Positions 59,111 to 64,000 of a stretch of 64,000 nucleotides of DNA are shown piece by piece. Location of the stretch: contig JBGSSW010000008.1 of the NCBI GenBank assembly GCA_041736805.1, positions 2,897-66,896 of the forward strand, in the 5' to 3' direction. The notes under the pieces are model-generated. The model had not been told where the DNA came from. It did not search any database and was given only the letters and a program-made list of their open reading frames with translations. Position 1 is the stretch's first letter. Each line of letters opens with the position of its first letter. Origin of the DNA: Minisyncoccia bacterium (GTDB lineage Bacteria > Patescibacteriota > Minisyncoccia > Phycocordibacterales > UBA918). The position numbers were made by a program, and so were the translations under genes.

Positions 59111-59286
59111 CGCGTCGCTCACTCAAGTTCACAGCCGGTCTCTTTCGGGAGCCGGCTGTTTTATTTTTAGATTGGAAATATAGGGGTAAATGGTTGTTAA
59201 AGCTGGGCAAGGCGAAGCCTTGCCCAGCTTTAACTGAGGCCTACTTACAACTTCTTGCAAAACTCACGCACTCTGGTACTATTGCC

Positions 59287-59430
59287 GAACCGCACACAGC
59301 ATATGTCTGTGCGTGGAGCGAACATAGTATTGCTCTTTCACACGTTTCGAGTGTTCATTCTAAGCGCGATTGTTCTCGCGCCGCCTAGAATGTACGCTCG
59401 GACATAGCTTTTTGCAGCTGTGTGCGGTTT
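59287..59430 (+). ncRNA. Structured 5' leader of tuf
   Basis: AACCGCACACAGC...GCTGTGTGCGGTT closing stem with nested TATGTC/GACATA and CATTCTA/TAGAATG; TTGCAA...TACTAT promoter just upstream. Confidence 0.55.
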
Positions 59431-59457
59431 ATAAACTAAAATTAATCTTTCATTAAT

Positions 59458-60651
59458 ATGGCAGATACATTTGATCGTTCAAAGCCACACGTTAACGTAG
59501 GAACTATTGGTCACGTAGACCATGGTAAGACTACTTTGACAGCCGCAATTCTTACAGTACTAAACCAAAAAGGAGGTGGTTATAGTGCAACAACTAAGGG
59601 AGTAGACGAAATTGACAAGGCTCCTGAAGAAAAAGCACGAGGTATTACTATTTCTCTCTCACACTCTGAGTACGAAACTCCAAACCGACACTACGCACAC
59701 ATCGATGCGCCAGGTCACGCGGACTATATCAAAAACATGATTACTGGTGCTGCTCAAATGGACGGAGCTGTACTTGTCGTGGCTGCTACCGACGGAGCGA
59801 TGCCACAAACTCGTGAGCACGTTCTTCTTGCTAAACAAGTAGGTGTACCAAATATTATCGTATTTCTTAATAAGTGCGATATGGTCGACGACGAGGAAAT
59901 GATTATGTTGGTAGAAGAAGAACTACGAGAACTTCTAACTAAGAACGGTTTTGATGGTGCTAACGCTCCAGTTATCAAAGGTTCTGGACTTAAGGCTCTT
60001 GAAAATCCTACTTCAGAGTGGGGAGATAAGATTATCGAACTTGCTAACGCAATGGATACTTTCTTCCCAACTCCAGTTCGAGATCTAGACAAGCCTTTCC
60101 TAATGCCGATTGAGGACATCTTCTCGATTGAAGGACGAGGGACTGTTGTAACTGGTCGTGTCGAACGAGGAGCGGTAAAGGTGGGTGAGGAAGTTGAAAT
60201 TGTTGGTATTAAAAACACAGCTCTGACAACAGTGACTGGAGTGGAAATGTTCAACAAGCAACTAGATCGAGCTCAAGCTGGAGACAACGCTGGTATCTTG
60301 CTTCGCGGGACAAAGAAAGAAGATGTACACCGAGGACAAGTGCTAGCTAAGAAGGGTTCAGTTACTCCACATACAGAATTTGAGGCCGAAGTATACGTAC
60401 TTTCAAAGGAAGAAGGAGGTCGTCACACGCCATTCTTCTCTGGTTACAAGCCACAGTTTTATGTTCGAACCACAGACGTTACAGGAGATGTAACATTAAA
60501 TGAAGGAGTAGAAATGATTATGCCTGGCGATACTGCTACTTTCAAAGTTAAGCTAGTAGCCCCAGTAGCTATGGAAGAACAAACTAACTTCGCTATTCGT
60601 GAAGGGGGTAAGACAGTTGGTGCTGGTGTTGTAACAAAGATTGTTGCTTAA
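59458..60651 (+). CDS. tuf: Elongation factor Tu
   Basis: [36 protein letters not shown]. Confidence 0.99.
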   Translation: MADTFDRSKPHVNVGTIGHVDHGKTTLTAAILTVLNQKGGGYSATTKGVDEIDKAPEEKARGITISLSHSEYETPNRHYAHIDAPGHADYIKNMITGAAQMDGAVLVVAATDGAMPQTREHVLLAKQVGVPNIIVFLNKCDMVDDEEMIMLVEEELRELLTKNGFDGANAPVIKGSGLKALENPTSEWGDKIIELANAMDTFFPTPVRDLDKPFLMPIEDIFSIEGRGTVVTGRVERGAVKVGEEVEIVGIKNTALTTVTGVEMFNKQLDRAQAGDNAGILLRGTKKEDVHRGQVLAKKGSVTPHTEFEAEVYVLSKEEGGRHTPFFSGYKPQFYVRTTDVTGDVTLNEGVEMIMPGDTATFKVKLVAPVAMEEQTNFAIREGGKTVGAGVVTKIVA

Positions 60652-60679
60652 CAATTATTCGATTACTAAATTACACACT

Positions 60680-61075
60680 ATGGCCACTGATACTACAAAA
60701 AAAACTACTAAAGCCAAGGAAGTTAAAGCCAAAGAGCCAAAGGTGAAGGAAGCTAAGAATGCTGCTGAGATTAATAAACTTCGTATTCGAGTTCGTGCCT
60801 ACGAGCACAAAATTCTTGACGCGAGTATCAAGCAAATAATTGACACAGCTCTACGTTTCGACGCTAAGGTGGTTGGCCCAATTCCACTTCCAACTGAGAT
60901 TAAGAAATATACTGTTAATCGTTCTTCATTCGTGTATAAAGATGCGCGAGAACAATTTGAGATGCGAACACACAAGCGAGTAGTAGATATTCTAAATCCC
61001 AGTCCAAAAGTGGTAGAGGCTCTAACTAACCTCTCACTTCCTTCTGGAGTCAATATTGATGTAAAGATGATGTAG
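60680..61075 (+). CDS. rpsJ: 30S ribosomal protein S10 (NusE) with a Lys-rich N-terminal extension
   Basis: LRIRVRAYEH, GPIPLPT, REQFEMRTHKR. Confidence 0.97.
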   Translation: MATDTTKKTTKAKEVKAKEPKVKEAKNAAEINKLRIRVRAYEHKILDASIKQIIDTALRFDAKVVGPIPLPTEIKKYTVNRSSFVYKDAREQFEMRTHKRVVDILNPSPKVVEALTNLSLPSGVNIDVKMM

Positions 61076-61084
61076 TATTCATCC

Positions 61085-61138
61085 GCCATTATAAACAAAA
61101 AGCCACACATAAATGTGTGGCTTTTTGTTTATAATGGC
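61085..61138. terminator. Long palindromic terminator after rpsJ
   Basis: GCCATTATAAACAAAAAGCCACACAT...ATGTGTGGCTTTTTGTTTATAATGGC. Confidence 0.85.
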
Positions 61139-61155
61139 TAATAAATTAACCAAAA

Positions 61156-61164
61156 TTATCCACA
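61156..61164 (+). promoter_or_regulatory. Perfect DnaA box
   Basis: TTATCCACA, single copy upstream of the 61258 gene. Confidence 0.35.
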
Positions 61165-61257
61165 ACCTTTTAAAATTCACCTCTTTGTAATATTTTCTCA
61201 AGTTATACTATAGGTACTCAAATAGTACTTAAATGATAAAATCATTTTATAAAATAT

Positions 61258-62394
61258 ATGGAAGCAACAAATTATAGCTATCCTGGCCCTGAACCAGTTG
61301 AACAAGAATCACATAAGTCGTTTAAGATTTACATAATTATTGGGAGCATTGTTCTAGCATTGTTTTTGCTTTGGTCAGCTGGTTATTTGGACAAAAAGGA
61401 GCATCAGCCTATTACTTACGAAGAAGTACTTCAGGTAAGTAACGATAATCTTGACCCGGTTCCTTTGCAAAACTATTTTGTTGAGCAAGTAGCTGCAGGT
61501 GTTAATGATGATAAGACCAGGTCAGCCATCTATTGGATTACACACCGTTACTTCGATAATGGAGGAAATATTTACGAAATATCCGATTTCATAGAAGCTC
61601 ATCCTGAGATTAGTTTTCTTAAGGAGGCTGAGCTGATTTACCCTGAACAATTTCAAAAGATAAGAGAAAAAAAGGTTCCTAAAACATATAGTTTCGATTC
61701 ACTATATGCCATGCTGGCATACTATGAGGTAATTGATAAAAATAATTATGGGGACATTGCTATATGGGGTTTGGCAGCGAATAAGTATGCTGAGTTAACT
61801 CTGTGGAGTATTCCTGAAGATGAAACTAAAATAGATGAAGAATATCTCAAGTCATATCGACAACTACGTTCACGTTCAGAATACTTTATCGAAAGAATTA
61901 ATAACTTCATAAACAAAAATACTCAGGAGACAAATACTCTAGCCGATTTAAACAACCTAAAAACCGTTCCTACCGACGATCTTTTAGTTGGTCTAAATCA
62001 GTATGCAAGTGCATTACTTATCTTAAAAGGAACGGGGAATGAGGCAAGGAGTAACTTTTCACCATTTCAAATTTTTGAATTTAATTCAGAATATGCCAAA
62101 GCTAATGTCCCAAGACTTTATCTTTTTACCAACTATCTTTTTGCTACCTCACTTGCTTATAGTGGGAATACTTCTAAAGCGGAGGTCGCTATACCCCTTG
62201 ATAGGGTAGTAGCTTATGTCCGTGAAAATCAAAACCAAGGCCCGGCTACTATCAACAGAATTTTATCGTCTAAAGTTAATACTGAAAGAGGGGTATTTGA
62301 TTATGATGTAACCCAAATCTTGGCTGCGGCTCATCCAGGCTTTAAAGGATGGTTATTAGATAGCGGCTGGACTGAAGCGGACTTCCAAAAGTAA
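61258..62394 (+). CDS. Hypothetical membrane-anchored extracellular helical protein
   Basis: N-terminal TM, 378-aa open frame. Confidence 0.75.
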   Translation: MEATNYSYPGPEPVEQESHKSFKIYIIIGSIVLALFLLWSAGYLDKKEHQPITYEEVLQVSNDNLDPVPLQNYFVEQVAAGVNDDKTRSAIYWITHRYFDNGGNIYEISDFIEAHPEISFLKEAELIYPEQFQKIREKKVPKTYSFDSLYAMLAYYEVIDKNNYGDIAIWGLAANKYAELTLWSIPEDETKIDEEYLKSYRQLRSRSEYFIERINNFINKNTQETNTLADLNNLKTVPTDDLLVGLNQYASALLILKGTGNEARSNFSPFQIFEFNSEYAKANVPRLYLFTNYLFATSLAYSGNTSKAEVAIPLDRVVAYVRENQNQGPATINRILSSKVNTERGVFDYDVTQILAAAHPGFKGWLLDSGWTEADFQK

Positions 62395-62499
62395 AATTAA
62401 AATAGCTAAGATTTACTTATGTACACATTAAATTATTACCAAAGCAGTAATTTTGCTAAAATTAAGGTATTCAAGCATAACTTTGATTTATTATAAAAT

Positions 62500-63249
62500 A
62501 TGGTAAAAAAAATTAATAAAAAGATAATCTTTCGTTTTTCGCTAATATTTTCTAGTTTTCTAGCTCTCTTTGTTAGTTCTACAAAAAATAACGACGGATT
62601 AATTAAAGGTTTAGAAGATTCTGTTAAGTCAGTTAGTTCAGTATTGTCTTTGGACAAAGTCTATGCAGAGGACGGTTGTGGTGATTGTTGTGGTAGTGGT
62701 TGTGACGGTTCTTATAACTATACTTTTCCAACCCCTTCTTCGTCTGGAATTGGTTTACGATTTGTTGATGTGAGCCAAGCACCTCCTCCAAGAAGAAGCT
62801 CAGGATGCTTTATTGCTGGCACCAAGGTTACTTTGGCAGCAGGAGATTTAAAAAATATCGAAAGCATTGATATTGGTGAAGATTTATCTGGGGCTAACGA
62901 TTCATCTAATAAGGTAGAAAAATTGCACGTTATACCGTACAGTGGCGACGTCTATGCTTTTAATGGCAGTGGCCATTATTTCTTCACCCCTTCGCATCCG
63001 TTCATGACAACTAATGGCTGGAAGTCTATTGATCCTCAAATGAGTAAAGAAGAAAACCCTAGTTTAGAAGTTTCAGTACTAAATGTTGGAGATATATTAA
63101 TTAAACAAGGCGATAAAAAAGAGGAAGTTGTTTCGCTTGAAAAAATTACCATGGAAACCACTGTTTATAATTTTAAAGTTAGTGGAGATAGCAGCTACCA
63201 CGCCGATGGTTATCTTGTTCATAATGCCCCCACAAAGAGAATACCCTAA
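62500..63249 (+). CDS. Secreted Cys-rich peptide fused to a Hint (intein-like) autoprocessing domain
   Basis: N-terminal hydrophobic leader, GCGDCCGSGCDG, CFIAGTKV (block A), FTPSHPF (block B), VYNF.V...YHADGYLVHN (blocks F/G). Confidence 0.85.
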   Translation: MVKKINKKIIFRFSLIFSSFLALFVSSTKNNDGLIKGLEDSVKSVSSVLSLDKVYAEDGCGDCCGSGCDGSYNYTFPTPSSSGIGLRFVDVSQAPPPRRSSGCFIAGTKVTLAAGDLKNIESIDIGEDLSGANDSSNKVEKLHVIPYSGDVYAFNGSGHYFFTPSHPFMTTNGWKSIDPQMSKEENPSLEVSVLNVGDILIKQGDKKEEVVSLEKITMETTVYNFKVSGDSSYHADGYLVHNAPTKRIP

Positions 63250-63344
63250 GAGGCCCAATAAATATTTCTTCATTAGTTAAAATTATCCCCCTAGCCGCTT
63301 GAGTAAATACCCGAAGTTTTTTTAAAGTCATATATAATATAAAA

Positions 63345-64000
63345 ATGAGACAACTCAATAAAATAAATTTTCTGGGCTTTTTTATACTAATCTTTATGAT
63401 GCCGTACTTTGGTCAAGCCTATACTATTAAAGCCGGCCAAGCAGTGGGCCTTAATTTTATAAGTCAAAATGTTCTAACCTGCCAAGCAAAAAATGATTAC
63501 TATTACCCTGCTTGGGGTGGTAATAATCTCTGGACCAATACAGCTAATAGAAATGGCCAAATTACTATTGGATTAGGCCAACTCAGTGTACCGGGCAATT
63601 CCACTTTTTGGTATCAATGTCAGGATGACGATGCTCCGTTTGCTTGGTTAGTAAGTTGGGCTAACTTGACCGTTTTACCAAAAGATACTTTTCTAGGCAC
63701 AAGTAGTTGTAATGCTCCTCAAAATGACCAAGCTACCTTAAATTGGTTCAATGTCCAATATGCTGATTCTTATGCTGTTTTAATTACTCAGCCACCTAGT
63801 GGTTGCCCTGTTGGTTGGTCACCAAACGGTGGAGGGGAGTGTATTATTTACCATCCTGCTGATTTGGGTGTGTCTAGCTCAATTACCTTTCCTACGCAGA
63901 CATTGTTCAATTATTCTTGGCGTGTAGCAGCTCGTACTAGTGGTTTGCAGGGGGATTACTCCACTCCGGGAACGGTTTTTAGTTGTATTGCACCTAATGT
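63345..64000 (+). CDS. Secreted Cys/Trp-containing surface protein, truncated by the window end
   Basis: My translation from ATG 63345 (MRQLNKINFLGFFILIFMMPYFGQA-YTIKAGQ...) stays open to 64000; Ig/FN3-like strands; absent from the ORF track. Confidence 0.8.
   Translation, partial: MRQLNKINFLGFFILIFMMPYFGQAYTIKAGQAVGLNFISQNVLTCQAKNDYYYPAWGGNNLWTNTANRNGQITIGLGQLSVPGNSTFWYQCQDDDAPFAWLVSWANLTVLPKDTFLGTSSCNAPQNDQATLNWFNVQYADSYAVLITQPPSGCPVGWSPNGGGECIIYHPADLGVSSSITFPTQTLFNYSWRVAARTSGLQGDYSTPGTVFSCIAPN

Noticed and set aside
59194-59388. 64-aa ORF upstream of tuf
   Set aside because: Runs through a palindrome, the tuf promoter and the structured leader; TTG start with no supporting signal.
62806-63228. 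Mobile intein with homing endonuclease
   Set aside because: The Hint domain is about 140 aa with no LAGLIDADG/HNH insert, lacks a +1 nucleophile and is not inside a conserved host protein.
1-64000. Alternative genetic code (UGA=Gly, code 25)
   Set aside because: Conserved genes are full length in code 11 with no internal TGA, and TGA ends ORFs such as 8740-10143 and the GFA gene.

Overview
A 64-kb chromosomal window from a Patescibacteria/CPR bacterium, most likely Parcubacteria. This is inferred from the gene set (type IV pilus cluster, split comEC, DUF5667-type protein, reduced trigger factor) and from AT-rich, SD-less gene starts; the genetic code is standard. The left end carries about 8 parS-like sites and two DnaA-like boxes, so the replication origin is probably nearby. 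Core genes include yraN, corA, hup, rny, clpP, tig, ppa, nusA, pilB/pilC and pilins, tpiA, pgk, recJ, rnhA, comEC, sod, rpmB, a fragmented str/S10 cluster (rpsL, rpsG, fusA, tuf, rpsJ), tRNA-Pro(UGG) and tRNA-Gly(UCC). The most striking pattern is a second, dispersed gene class of about 14 ORFan or degenerate-paralog cassettes. Unlike the core genes, they have clear Shine-Dalgarno sites, usually their own sigma70 promoter and terminator, visibly GC-richer codons, and often a hairpin plus boxA-like (GTTCTTT...) leader, including a duplicated two-hairpin element. Other highlights: a secreted Cys-rich peptide fused to an intein-like Hint domain, an ATP-grasp/isoaspartyl peptidase/GATase cluster with a catalytically degenerate paralog, tRNA-Pro enclosed in a perfect 22-bp inverted repeat, and tRNA-Gly preceded by partial self-copies. 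All calls come from reading the sequence by eye and recalling motifs; no database searches or folding calculations were run.
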